DNA from: a virus
Lineage: Duplodnaviria; Caudoviricetes
DNA length: 62,169 nucleotides
IMG/VR virus record: IMGVR_UViG_3300011116_000128
Span: 1 to 62,169 of that record
Strand: one strand, 5' to 3'
Shown here: in pieces, positions 45,279-55,276 of the stretch
How the letters are laid out: every line of letters starts with the position of its first letter
How positions within the stretch are numbered: position 1 is the first letter of the stretch
Made by a program: the position numbers and the translations under genes
Notes under the pieces: generated by a model
What the model saw: the letters and a program-made list of their open reading frames with translations, nothing else
Database searches by the model: none
What the model was told of the DNA's origin: nothing

Positions 45279-46033
45279 TGTTCTCTGCTTCTCGCGTCGC
45301 CATCGCAGACCAAAGGGTCGGGGGGTATCTTTTTACCGCCACGATTAGCGCGAACACGAATAACTACAACCTACGCGCCGCAGCCGTAACCGCTGGTTGG
45401 GACCAAGTAAAGCCGCTTTTTGCAACGGTCACCATCAATGCAGGGGTTTATGTTGGTTCGGCATCGACTGGTACTCGCGCATTTGATACTGGGGTTACGT
45501 TTCCCGCTGGCACTACTTTAGCTCTCATCAATAACGGGACTATCATTGGGCGTGGGGGTAATGGGGGTACGGGGCAAACACCCGGATGTGGCGGCGCAAC
45601 TGCGGGCGCGGCTGGAGGACAAGCACTAATTGCACAACAGGCAATCACTATTACCAACAACGGTACTATTGGTGGCGGTGGCGGTGGCGGTGGTGGCGGT
45701 AACGGAGGAACTTTTGGGTCTGGCGGCAGCAGCAGTTCGGGCGGTGGCGGCGGCGGTGGCGGACAGGGTGTTAGCTCTGGGGGCGCTGGCGGTACAGGTA
45801 ACGCAGGAGCAAGCAGTAACGGTTCTGCTGGTGGAGCCGGTACGTTAAGTGCAGCAGGCGGGGGTGGCGCTCCGGGTACAGGTGGTGCCCCAACTGCTGG
45901 AGGAAGTGGCGGTACTGCGGGCGTTGCTGGAAGTGCTAGCGCCGGGGGTAGTGGCGCTGCCGGAGCTTGCCTGACTGGCAACTCAAACATCACATGGTTA
46001 GCTTTTGGAACACGATTGGGGTCAATAACATGA
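45278..46033 (+). CDS. Polyglycine receptor-recognition protein (T-even gp38-like)
   Basis: INNGTIIGRGGNGG..ITNNGTIGGGGGGGG..GAAG. Confidence 0.7.
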   Translation: MFSASRVAIADQRVGGYLFTATISANTNNYNLRAAAVTAGWDQVKPLFATVTINAGVYVGSASTGTRAFDTGVTFPAGTTLALINNGTIIGRGGNGGTGQTPGCGGATAGAAGGQALIAQQAITITNNGTIGGGGGGGGGGNGGTFGSGGSSSSGGGGGGGGQGVSSGGAGGTGNAGASSNGSAGGAGTLSAAGGGGAPGTGGAPTAGGSGGTAGVAGSASAGGSGAAGACLTGNSNITWLAFGTRLGSIT

Positions 46034-46302
46034 CGATTGAGAACATCACTTTTGAAATCACGGCAGTCAACGAGAGCTTGCGCTGCATGGACGTTGTGTT
46101 TCGTGCAACAGGGCAGCCTGAGGTGCTTGTTGGTGCGCGTATGCCTTTTGAAGGTGAAGACTTGAATGCTTTGATGGCTTCAGTAGCACCTATTGGGTAT
46201 TGGGAAGACCTTGCTAAACAGGTTGCCCCCGTAACGGTTGGGACTACCGGCGCGGTCACGCTAAATGCGCCAATCAATACTGACAACGTGAGCACCATGT
46301 GA
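46030..46302 (+). CDS. Hypothetical protein
   Basis: Coupled ORF. Confidence 0.6.
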   Translation: MTIENITFEITAVNESLRCMDVVFRATGQPEVLVGARMPFEGEDLNALMASVAPIGYWEDLAKQVAPVTVGTTGAVTLNAPINTDNVSTM

Positions 46303-46568
46303 CGTTGACAACGCCGCGCTACACATTTCAATTTGGAAAGAACACGCACAATGTCTACCGTTGTTTTGCTGGTGAAGGAATACCAAAGCATGAACATGAT
46401 TACGCCCATGCGACAGTCTGCCACGTTGGGAAAATTGTCGTGCGTAAAGAGGGGGTTCAGCGGGAGTTCACGCCGGAGTCTGGTGCGGTTGTGCTCAAGG
46501 CCAACGAATGGCACGAAATTGAAGCGTTGGTAGATGGTACGGTTTTTGAAAACATCTTTGTAACCTGA
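46299..46568 (+). CDS. Cupin-fold protein
   Basis: PKHEHDYAH..G..HEIEAL. Confidence 0.7.
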   Translation: MTLTTPRYTFQFGKNTHNVYRCFAGEGIPKHEHDYAHATVCHVGKIVVRKEGVQREFTPESGAVVLKANEWHEIEALVDGTVFENIFVT

Positions 46569-46574
46569 GTAAAA

Positions 46575-47045
46575 ATGATTGACCCCTTTACCGCCTTTGC
46601 AGCCGCGCAGGCAGCGGTAAAGGGTATCCAAGCCGCCATCAAACTTGGCAAGGACGTTCAAGGCATTGCGGCTGACTTGGGTAAGTTTTTTGAGGCCAAG
46701 GACGCGGTTCAAGAAGCCGCGAACAACCCCAAGAAGTTCAAGTCAGACACCGCACAGGCACTAGAGACGGTGATGCAGGCTAAGCAGCTTGCCGAGGCCG
46801 AGAATGATTTGAAGAACATGCTCATCTGGTCAGGAAATGCCGACGTTTGGGAAGGCGTGCTGCTGGAGCGCAACAACATCATTCAGAAGCGCAAAAAGGC
46901 AGAGATGGAAGCTGCTGCGGCCAAGGCCAAGCGCAAGAAGGAAATCATGGAACTGCTGAACATTGCATTCTGGGTGTCGGTGTTTTTGTCTGCCATCGGC
47001 CTGAGCTACTTTTTCACGATTTTGTTCCTTGAAAGGAGAGCATGA
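46575..47045 (+). CDS. Membrane-anchored coiled-coil protein (lysis region)
   Basis: MIDPFTAFA N-terminus; C-terminal TM helix. Confidence 0.7.
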   Translation: MIDPFTAFAAAQAAVKGIQAAIKLGKDVQGIAADLGKFFEAKDAVQEAANNPKKFKSDTAQALETVMQAKQLAEAENDLKNMLIWSGNADVWEGVLLERNNIIQKRKKAEMEAAAAKAKRKKEIMELLNIAFWVSVFLSAIGLSYFFTILFLERRA

Positions 47046-47539
47046 TGGAATGGCTTAAATCAATCGCGCCTACCGTTGCTACGGCGCTGGGCGGCCCTCT
47101 GGCAGGCATGGCGGTGTCCGCTGTGTCCAAAGCCTTGAACATTGAGCCGGAGGAAGTGCAGAACGTCATCAGCAGCAACAAACTGAACGCCGAGCAGGTA
47201 GCAGCCATCCAGCTTGCCGAACTGGAACTGAAGAAGCAGGCCCAGTCGATGAACCTTGACTTTGCCAAGCTGATAACCGAGGACAAAAAATCTGCGCGTG
47301 ACATGCAGATTGCCACCAAGTCGTGGATTCCCCCGGTCATGGCGCTTGGTGTTACCTGCGGGTTCTTTGGCATCTTGTTTGGCCTGATGTACGGGCAGAT
47401 TCAGCACGCGCCGCAAATCGACATCATGCTGGGTTCGTTGGGCACGGCTTGGACAGGCATCATCAGTTTCTACTTCGGCTCCAGCGCCGGTAGCCAAGCC
47501 AAGACCGAACTGCTGCGCCAAGCGGAGGCTGCCAAATGA
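47042..47539 (+). CDS. Putative holin
   Basis: APTVATALGGP; two C-terminal TM segments; FYFGSS; adjacent to endolysin. Confidence 0.65.
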   Translation: MMEWLKSIAPTVATALGGPLAGMAVSAVSKALNIEPEEVQNVISSNKLNAEQVAAIQLAELELKKQAQSMNLDFAKLITEDKKSARDMQIATKSWIPPVMALGVTCGFFGILFGLMYGQIQHAPQIDIMLGSLGTAWTGIISFYFGSSAGSQAKTELLRQAEAAK

Positions 47540-48060
47540 AGGCCAACTTCGACGCCTCTTTCGCCCAAGTAATGAAGTCTGAGGGCGGCTACGTGAACGA
47601 TGCGGCTGACCACGGCGGTGAGACCAACCTTGGAGTGACCATCGGCGCGTGGGGTGCGTACCTTGGCCGTGCCATTCAACCCGGCGAGATGAAGGCGCTG
47701 ACTTTGGACACCGTGAAGCCCTTCTACAAGACCATGTACTGGGACAAGGTGAAGTGCGACGACCTGCCCACCGGCGTTGACTACGCCGTTTTTGACTTCG
47801 CGGTGAACGCAGGGGTCTCCCGGGCGGCAAAGTTCCTCCAGCGGGCTGTGGGGGCTGTAGATGACGGCATCATTGGTTCAGGCACGCTGGGGCTAGTAGC
47901 CAGAGCCGACCCACAAAAACTGTTGGATAACTTCTCAGACCAGAAGCAAGGGTTCTACAATCGCCTCGCCACCACCAATCCGTCCCAGCAGAAATTTCTT
48001 AAAGGATGGTTGGCCCGTGTAAACCATGTACAGGACGCTGCGGAATCAATGTTAGCTTGA
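47536..48060 (+). CDS. Endolysin, GH108 lysozyme with peptidoglycan-binding domain
   Basis: EGGYVN..DHGGETNLGVT, FDFAVNAG, KFLKGWLARV. Confidence 0.92.
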   Translation: MKANFDASFAQVMKSEGGYVNDAADHGGETNLGVTIGAWGAYLGRAIQPGEMKALTLDTVKPFYKTMYWDKVKCDDLPTGVDYAVFDFAVNAGVSRAAKFLQRAVGAVDDGIIGSGTLGLVARADPQKLLDNFSDQKQGFYNRLATTNPSQQKFLKGWLARVNHVQDAAESMLA

Positions 48061-48061
48061 T

Positions 48062-50182
48062 ATGCCACTACAGAAAGTCATTCTCAAGCCCGGTGTAAAC
48101 AGAGAAAACACTCGTTACACCAACGAAGGTGGCTACTACGAGTCCGACAAAATTCGGTTTCGTCAAGGCACGCCTGAAAAAATTGGTGGGTGGGTACGTA
48201 TCTCCGCTAACACGTACACAGGTGTGTGCCGTTCGCTGTGGAATTGGACGACCTTGACCGGGGCTAATTTGGTTGGCGTAGGTACGAGCAACAAGTTCTA
48301 TATTGAAGCTACCGGGGCGTACTACGACATTACGCCCATCTACACCACTAACACGTTAGGGGCAAACCCGCTTTCTACTAACGGCACAACGACGGTTACG
48401 GTTACTGACGCTAGCTACAGTCCGCAGGTCGGAGATTTTGTGATTTTCTCCGGCGCTACCACTTTCAATGGCGTGACCATCAGCGGGGAGTACGAAGTCA
48501 AGACCGTGCCGACTAGTACGACCTACACCATCACTGCGGCGACTACAGCTTCCGGTTCGGGCTCAGGTGGCGGCTCTGCGGTGTATGCCTCCTACTTGCT
48601 GCATATTGGCTCGGCGGCAAATGCGGCTTTTGCTGGATGGGGTTCAGGTTCTTGGAGCAGTAGCAATTGGGGCGGTCTTGGTTACGCCAGCACGGCAACT
48701 TTGGCAATCTGGTCTCAGTGGAACTTTGGGCAGAATCTAGTGTTTGGCCCCAAGCTGGGCAAGCTGTACTACTGGAATGCCACGACTGCGGTGAATCTGG
48801 CAACGCCCACCCAAGTCACTATTACCAATGCTGCGCCCGCAGTTTGCACGCTTGTGACAAACACCACTACACCAATCATTAGTGGCACGGCCATCATGTT
48901 CCAGACAACGGATACGTTGCCATTACCGCTCAAACCGTACACGGTGTACTACGTCACCAAGAGCCTAGTAAATGACACGTTCAAGCTGTCTTTAAGCTAT
49001 GTGGACTATGTGGCAGGTACGTTCATCACTACAACCACAGCAGGGTCTGGCACGCACACACTATCCGCACGGGGCATTGCAGTTTCTGATTTGGCGGGTG
49101 CATCCAGCGTGCCGATTCAACAAAACACCATTCTGGTGTCGGACTCCAGCCGATTCACCATGTGCTTCGGCGCTAACCCCTACGGCAGTACGACCTATGA
49201 CCCCATGACCATTCGATGGTCAGACCAAGAAAGCGTAGTTGAGTGGGCCCCGGCTATTACCAACCAAGCCGGTGAAGTGCAGCTATCGCATGGTTCGGAA
49301 ATCGTAGCGGTGTTGCAAAGCCGTCAAGAAGTTCTTGTGTGGACAGACGCTGCGCTCTATTCCTTGCAGTACCTTGGGCCGCCGTATGTATGGAGCAACC
49401 AACTCCTGTCCGACAACATTTCTATCGCCAGCATGAACGCCGCATCCTATGCCAGCGGGGTTTCCTATTGGATGGGGCAGGACAAGTTCTACAAATACGA
49501 CGGGCGGGTACAAACGCTGCGCTGCGACCTGCGTCAGTACATCTACAGTGACATCAACCGTACTCAGTTTTCCCAAGTGTTTTCTGGCACAAACGAGGGT
49601 TTCAATGAGGTGTGGTGGTTCTATTGCTCACAAAACAGCACAACCATCGACAAGTACGTCATATACAACTACGCCGAAGACATTTGGTACTACGGCTCAA
49701 TGGCGCGTTCGGCTTGGCTGGATACCGCGCTGCGTAGTTACCCGATTGCAGCTACCTATGTGAACAACCTTGTCTACCATGAAAACGGTGTGGATGATGG
49801 GACTACGGGGACTCTTGCGCCTATTGAAGCGTCCATCACCTCTGCGCAATACGACATTGGGGACGGGCACAACTTTGCGTTTGTGTATCGCATGATTCCT
49901 GACCTGACTTTCCGTGGGTCTACTGAAGGAACTACGCCGCAAGTGACCATGTACCTACAAGGGTTGAACAACTCGGGCTCCGGTATCACGCAGACTGGCA
50001 ATGCAGATGTGGCGTACTCAGGTTCTGCACCGTCCGTCATTAACGTAGACCAGTACACCGGACAGATTTACATCCGCATACGTGGGCGTCAAATGCAGAT
50101 GAAGCTCACTTCCAACACGCTTGGTACACAGTGGCAGCTTGGGGCTCCGCGTATAGATTTGCGTCCTGATGGCAGAAGGTAG
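48062..50182 (+). CDS. Tail nozzle / stabilisation protein (tubular protein B-like)
   Basis: 706-aa beta-propeller-like protein; IRWSDQE; ends RPDGRR. Confidence 0.75.
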   Translation: MPLQKVILKPGVNRENTRYTNEGGYYESDKIRFRQGTPEKIGGWVRISANTYTGVCRSLWNWTTLTGANLVGVGTSNKFYIEATGAYYDITPIYTTNTLGANPLSTNGTTTVTVTDASYSPQVGDFVIFSGATTFNGVTISGEYEVKTVPTSTTYTITAATTASGSGSGGGSAVYASYLLHIGSAANAAFAGWGSGSWSSSNWGGLGYASTATLAIWSQWNFGQNLVFGPKLGKLYYWNATTAVNLATPTQVTITNAAPAVCTLVTNTTTPIISGTAIMFQTTDTLPLPLKPYTVYYVTKSLVNDTFKLSLSYVDYVAGTFITTTTAGSGTHTLSARGIAVSDLAGASSVPIQQNTILVSDSSRFTMCFGANPYGSTTYDPMTIRWSDQESVVEWAPAITNQAGEVQLSHGSEIVAVLQSRQEVLVWTDAALYSLQYLGPPYVWSNQLLSDNISIASMNAASYASGVSYWMGQDKFYKYDGRVQTLRCDLRQYIYSDINRTQFSQVFSGTNEGFNEVWWFYCSQNSTTIDKYVIYNYAEDIWYYGSMARSAWLDTALRSYPIAATYVNNLVYHENGVDDGTTGTLAPIEASITSAQYDIGDGHNFAFVYRMIPDLTFRGSTEGTTPQVTMYLQGLNNSGSGITQTGNADVAYSGSAPSVINVDQYTGQIYIRIRGRQMQMKLTSNTLGTQWQLGAPRIDLRPDGRR

Positions 50183-50185
50183 AGT

Positions 50186-50851
50186 ATGGCTGCTAATCCC
50201 ATAACAGACCTACGTCCCCCACAACAGCCACGACTACCTGTTGCTACGCTGGACTATGACCCCGGATACGTCAACGGGTTGAATAACATTCTGCGGTTGT
50301 ATTTCAACCAGCTTGACAATGCGTTTGCGTCTTTACTGGCTAGTAGCGGGGGCGCATATTTGCGCAATCCCTATGGCGCGTTTTCTGACTACACCGACCA
50401 GACCACAACGGCAAACACAGCTACTTTGATGGCTTTAAGCACCACTGACTTTAGCAACAAGGTCACTATCAACGCCTCAAAAATAACCGTGCAGAGCGCC
50501 GGTATCTACAACCTTCAGTTCAGCGCACAGTTTCAAAATACGGACAACGCAATCCAAGACATTAGCATCTGGCTGCGCCAAAACGGCACGGACATACCGG
50601 GGTCAACAGGCTTGGTGTCTATCCCCGCCAGAAAAAGTGCTTCCGCAGGTGAAGAGGCGCATCAGATTATAGGGTGGAATTACTACGTAAGCATGGCAGC
50701 GAACGACTACATAGAAATTTACTGGTCAACAACCAATGCGTCCGTAACCATCCAAACCTACGCCGCATCCACGGGGCCTGTGCGCCCCTCAACTGCTTCT
50801 GTGGTAGCTACAATGTCATTCGTTTCTGCACTTCCTATATCCGCCATCTAA
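50186..50851 (+). CDS. Virion protein with C1q-like beta sandwich
   Basis: LRLYFNQLD coil; GIYNLQFSAQ. Confidence 0.65.
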   Translation: MAANPITDLRPPQQPRLPVATLDYDPGYVNGLNNILRLYFNQLDNAFASLLASSGGAYLRNPYGAFSDYTDQTTTANTATLMALSTTDFSNKVTINASKITVQSAGIYNLQFSAQFQNTDNAIQDISIWLRQNGTDIPGSTGLVSIPARKSASAGEEAHQIIGWNYYVSMAANDYIEIYWSTTNASVTIQTYAASTGPVRPSTASVVATMSFVSALPISAI

Positions 50852-50861
50852 GGGAATTTTT

Positions 50862-53800
50862 ATGTTGCCGCAACAAGGAATTATGTCGCTTGCCAATTAT
50901 GGCCCCCAGGCAGATCGGGCGGTTGATCAAGTCCTGAGCAGCACAACCCAAATGCTGGGTAAGTTGGACAATAAAACCCTTGGCTTGTTGCTCCAGCTCA
51001 CGCAATACCTGAAGGACCATAAATCCAAATACAAGGAATTGATTGGCAAACTGGAGAAAAAGGGTTCACTTCCACCTGGGGTTTTCCCTGATCACTACGA
51101 TCCCAAGTTCCTTTCGGTGTTTGCCCTGAGCGTTTCCAAAGCTCAAAAGGGCGGCATGGCAGAAGGTGGTATTGCCACCATCGCCCAGACCCTGAAAAAC
51201 CAAGGGCGCGGCAAAGACACTATGTTGGCTCACATTAGCCCTAGTGAAGCCAGGCTGCTGGAAAAACGCGGCGGCGTTGGGACAATTAACCCAGCCACTG
51301 GCCTGCCTGAGTACGGCCTGTTTGAGGACATTGGCAATGCGCTGTCTGGCGTAGGTAACGCCGTTGGCAACATCCTAAAGCCGGTTGGTGACTTGATTGG
51401 TAACGTTGTCAGCAGCCCCCTTGGATTGGCCGCCACCGCCGCTGCAGCCTATTACTTCATGGGGCCAAGCGCAGGAGCTGTGGTTCCTAGTGTGGCTGGA
51501 GCAACCCTGCCAGGAGAGGCAGCAGCTATTGGTACGGCGGCGCACTTAACTCCGGCCGCAATTGAGTCTGGGATAGGCTCTGCTGGCTATGGAACCAGTG
51601 CAGCCGCTGCTGAGTCTGGCCTATTCAATCCAGAGACGATTGGGTCCGGCGCTGCAATAGGCGCACCCTCTACAACAGACAAGCTTCTTTCAGCCAATTT
51701 ACTTAAAAACGTAAAGCTTTCATCGGGCGAGGAAGAGCCTGCATCAGATCCAAACGCTCTCATCAAGCTTCTGATGATGTTTGAGATGATGAACAGCAAA
51801 CAAAACCAACCAGTAAGTCAGGTGCTTCCTGCGTTGACAGAAAATACATCAAGCTTGCCTTATGACAAACCCAAAAAAGACCTGTCATCGTTTATTCCTT
51901 CCCAAACCACACATGCAGCAGGAGGTGGTCTTATGACTAAACATCTTGGAATCGGTGGCCTGAGCGCCAAACGGTCGCAGACAGACTACGCCAAAAACTA
52001 TTTGCCCGGCAGCGGCTACCGTCCAGGCCAAGGTGGAATTACGTACTTCACCCCTGTTGAGTACATTGGCGATGGAACAACTGCGCCCACAGATACAACT
52101 GGCACCTCCCCTTCAACCGCAACCGATGAGCTGTTAAGGCAAACGCTGGGCCGGACCGGCGGAGGTGGCGGGATGGATTCTGAAAGCCGTGCTGCCATGT
52201 TGGCTGAAACAGCGGCAAGGATGGATGCATGGGAAAAAGCTGATCCTGAAGGGTACAAGCACCGTAATGATTGGATAAAAAACTTATTCAATGGATCAAT
52301 GCTTGTCCAACTTGCTAAGCTGGCGTCACAAGGCATTGACACCGTTAAGCAGACATGGGCCAATGAAAGGTTAAAAGCTTTAGGCATTGATCCCAAGATT
52401 GTTTTGGCAAACCAAAATGCTATTGCTGGAACATCTATGCAGCAAGCCCTTAATTCATTAGGGCAGGCCAGCGCGGCCGCAGGTAACTATGCTGAAGTTG
52501 GTGGGTATGAGCCTGGGTCTGAAGAGGCTAAGGCTGCTGCATCTGGAACGGTTGGCGGTTATGGCCCAGGTACACCTGGATTTAATGCAATGCCTGATAC
52601 TAGCAACCCAGCAAGTGTAGGTATGGTAGGACTCCCACCAAGTAACTATACCCCTACTGCATACACCTTTCAACCCAATGCTGTAAACAATTTGTTAAGT
52701 AATTTGGGTTTACCTGAAAGCAATGAAACAGTAGAAAGGTATTTAGCGGAGAACAAAGATATTGCCTTAGCCAAAACAACTGATGATGTACTTAAGCAGC
52801 TAATTGCAGATTCAAATTTGGCCGCTAGCGCGTCTTCTGCAGCTGATATTCCTACCACTATTCGGGAAGCAACTACCCCTGAAGCGCAAGCCAACAAAAT
52901 TGCTGAGCTAACAAACATTGCTAAAACAAATGAAGCAAACGCCGATGAACGCGCTGAATATGAAAAACGTGCTCAAATGTTGGCAGATCAAACAAACGAA
53001 GAGTCACTTGCATCGGCTTTGGGGAGTGATTACACACCAAGAGGAGAAGAGGGGCAAGCTGCTGTTGCCAAATTAGCACAAAGAATTGAGGATCAAGAAA
53101 AAGCACGACTTGATAGATTAGCAGCTAGCATTGCAGCTGACCCAGTGCGCGCAGCTCGAGAAGCCCGGTTAAAGATGCTTTTGGGCCAGACTAATGAAGA
53201 GTCCATCAAATCTTTTTTGGGTGATGATTACACTCCAAAAGAAATTGCACCAGTTGAATCTGAAAGTGATCGTTTGGACCAATTAATCCAGTCTTTTCTT
53301 GACACTACACCTGGAGATGTTTTTGGCCCAGCAGTACAACTTGCTGCCGCCGATGGGTTTAACCTTGGTGAACCTTCCGGCAACACCATTGGGAACTACA
53401 GCATGTTTGTTCCGCAAGAAGCCGCCGATACTTCTGGCGTGTTGAGCGCAAATGCAATTCAGCAAGCATACCCTGGCGCTTTCGATCAATCGCCATTGGC
53501 TTCCTTGGCTCCAACGTCTTACTCGTACTTGGGTGGTCAAGGTAACAACTCTATCCTTGGTGGGTATGGTGGTCTTGGAAGTGCTTGGCAAGGCGTTGTT
53601 GATTCCAGCGGAAACCCTGTATTGACTAGCCAGGGCGCTGCTGAGCGGGCGTTCCTAAATTCGCCTGAAGGCATTGCGCTTGGTAATGAGCGGGCATTGC
53701 AAGGCTACATCTCTCCTCTATCGGATCCGGCGCAAAGGCAGGGGCAAGGAAGTGAAACTCAAGGCAATGACGGCAATGACGGCAATGACGGCGGAGCAGA

Positions 53801-54260
53801 TTCCGGCGGCTACGCGGCTTCTGCACAAAACGCTGGCACTGCTCGCGGAGATAGCGATGGTGGCGGCGGATACTCAAACGCGAATGCTGGAAACTATGGC
53901 TGGGCACGTTCTGGCGGGGGTGAGGGGGGCGGTTGGGCCGCAGGAGGAACGACACACGGCGGCATAGCCAACCTGCACCAATACAACCTCGGTTCCTACT
54001 CCGATGGCGGGCGCTTGCTCAAGGGGCCAGGAGATGGCGTTTCCGACTCTATCCCCGCTACAATTGGACAAGGTCAACCAGCCCGCCTAGCAGACGGCGA
54101 GTTTGTTATACCGGCAAGGATTGTTTCTGAGCTAGGAAACGGTTCTACAGATGCGGGCGCTAAGCGTTTGTATGAAATGATGGACCGCATTCAAAGAGTC
54201 CGCCGAAAAACCAAAAATGTTGCAGCGAACACAAAAGCCGCAAAATACTTGCCAGCATAA
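50862..54260 (+). CDS. Putative internal virion / DNA ejection protein
   Basis: GRGKDTMLAHI..INPATGLPE and GPGDGVSDSIPA..LADGEFV motifs; variable low-complexity middle. Confidence 0.7.
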   Translation: MLPQQGIMSLANYGPQADRAVDQVLSSTTQMLGKLDNKTLGLLLQLTQYLKDHKSKYKELIGKLEKKGSLPPGVFPDHYDPKFLSVFALSVSKAQKGGMAEGGIATIAQTLKNQGRGKDTMLAHISPSEARLLEKRGGVGTINPATGLPEYGLFEDIGNALSGVGNAVGNILKPVGDLIGNVVSSPLGLAATAAAAYYFMGPSAGAVVPSVAGATLPGEAAAIGTAAHLTPAAIESGIGSAGYGTSAAAAESGLFNPETIGSGAAIGAPSTTDKLLSANLLKNVKLSSGEEEPASDPNALIKLLMMFEMMNSKQNQPVSQVLPALTENTSSLPYDKPKKDLSSFIPSQTTHAAGGGLMTKHLGIGGLSAKRSQTDYAKNYLPGSGYRPGQGGITYFTPVEYIGDGTTAPTDTTGTSPSTATDELLRQTLGRTGGGGGMDSESRAAMLAETAARMDAWEKADPEGYKHRNDWIKNLFNGSMLVQLAKLASQGIDTVKQTWANERLKALGIDPKIVLANQNAIAGTSMQQALNSLGQASAAAGNYAEVGGYEPGSEEAKAAASGTVGGYGPGTPGFNAMPDTSNPASVGMVGLPPSNYTPTAYTFQPNAVNNLLSNLGLPESNETVERYLAENKDIALAKTTDDVLKQLIADSNLAASASSAADIPTTIREATTPEAQANKIAELTNIAKTNEANADERAEYEKRAQMLADQTNEESLASALGSDYTPRGEEGQAAVAKLAQRIEDQEKARLDRLAASIAADPVRAAREARLKMLLGQTNEESIKSFLGDDYTPKEIAPVESESDRLDQLIQSFLDTTPGDVFGPAVQLAAADGFNLGEPSGNTIGNYSMFVPQEAADTSGVLSANAIQQAYPGAFDQSPLASLAPTSYSYLGGQGNNSILGGYGGLGSAWQGVVDSSGNPVLTSQGAAERAFLNSPEGIALGNERALQGYISPLSDPAQRQGQGSETQGNDGNDGNDGGADSGGYAASAQNAGTARGDSDGGGGYSNANAGNYGWARSGGGEGGGWAAGGTTHGGIANLHQYNLGSYSDGGRLLKGPGDGVSDSIPATIGQGQPARLADGEFVIPARIVSELGNGSTDAGAKRLYEMMDRIQRVRRKTKNVAANTKAAKYLPA

Positions 54261-54269
54261 GGAACGATC

Positions 54270-55265
54270 ATGGTCGCAATAACTTCAGCATCGACGCTTG
54301 ACAACAACCTCACAGCGGGTGGGACTAACTCTCAGGGGTTGGCCGAATGGGCGTCTCCTTATGTCACAAACTATCTAAGTCAAGCTCAAGCTCTAGGTAA
54401 AACGCCATATCAAACTTACGCCGGTCCTCTTACGGCTGGTGCGTCCAATCTTCAAAAACAAGCATTTCAAGGGATTGGAAGCTTGACTGTTCCTGGCGCT
54501 ATTGGTGACGCAACTTCAACTGCTGGTAATGTTGCTAAAACCGTTGGTGGGATGACGTATACCCCAACCACAACCGATTTCAACGCTACGCAAGCGCAGC
54601 AGTACATGAACCCGTACTTGCAGATGTCGCTTAACCCTCAGCTGGAAGAGGCGCGTCGACAATCACAGATTACCCAAATGGGTAATAGCGCAAAAATGGC
54701 TCAAGCTGGCGCATTTGGCGGTAGCCGTCAAGCCATCATGGACGCTGAGACCCAACGCAACCTAGGAACAAACTTGGCCAACATTACTGGCGCAGGCTAC
54801 AACACGGCCTACACAAATGCCATGCAGCAATTTAATGCTGATCAAGCGCGCAAAGCTCAAGAGGCGCAGTTTGGCGCTAACTTTGGGCTGGGCACACAAG
54901 CCGCGGCTCTCAATGCGGCCAACATCCAAGGCCAGTTAGGGCTGACTCAGAACCAAGCCAACCTTGCCAATCTTAACGCCCAACTAGGTGCTGGTGCGAC
55001 AGAGCGTGGAATTACGGCCGAAGGCATTGCGGCGGATCAAGCTGAGTTTGAAAAGCAACGCCAGTTCCCCTACCAACAGGTGCAGTTCCAGCGCGACATG
55101 ATCTCTGGAATGCCAATATCATCTCTATCAAACACGCCCGGATCTTTGACCGGCATTGGTTCTTTACTAAGCTCATTGGGTGGCGCTACCAGCGTAGCTT
55201 CCGCTCTTGGCTACAAAGACGTTGGCTCTTTATTGAAGAAAATAGGGCTTGACTTAGGACCATAA
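54270..55265 (+). CDS. Putative DNA ejection (pilot) protein
   Basis: Q/A/G-rich; YMNPY and AGAFGGSR motifs. Confidence 0.7.
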   Translation: MVAITSASTLDNNLTAGGTNSQGLAEWASPYVTNYLSQAQALGKTPYQTYAGPLTAGASNLQKQAFQGIGSLTVPGAIGDATSTAGNVAKTVGGMTYTPTTTDFNATQAQQYMNPYLQMSLNPQLEEARRQSQITQMGNSAKMAQAGAFGGSRQAIMDAETQRNLGTNLANITGAGYNTAYTNAMQQFNADQARKAQEAQFGANFGLGTQAAALNAANIQGQLGLTQNQANLANLNAQLGAGATERGITAEGIAADQAEFEKQRQFPYQQVQFQRDMISGMPISSLSNTPGSLTGIGSLLSSLGGATSVASALGYKDVGSLLKKIGLDLGP

Positions 55266-55276
55266 GGGTATGAAAA

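Noticed and set aside
47060-47830. 256-aa minus-strand ORF over the holin and endolysin genes
   Set aside because: Arg/Ser-rich shadow frame with no spanin lipobox or TM features.
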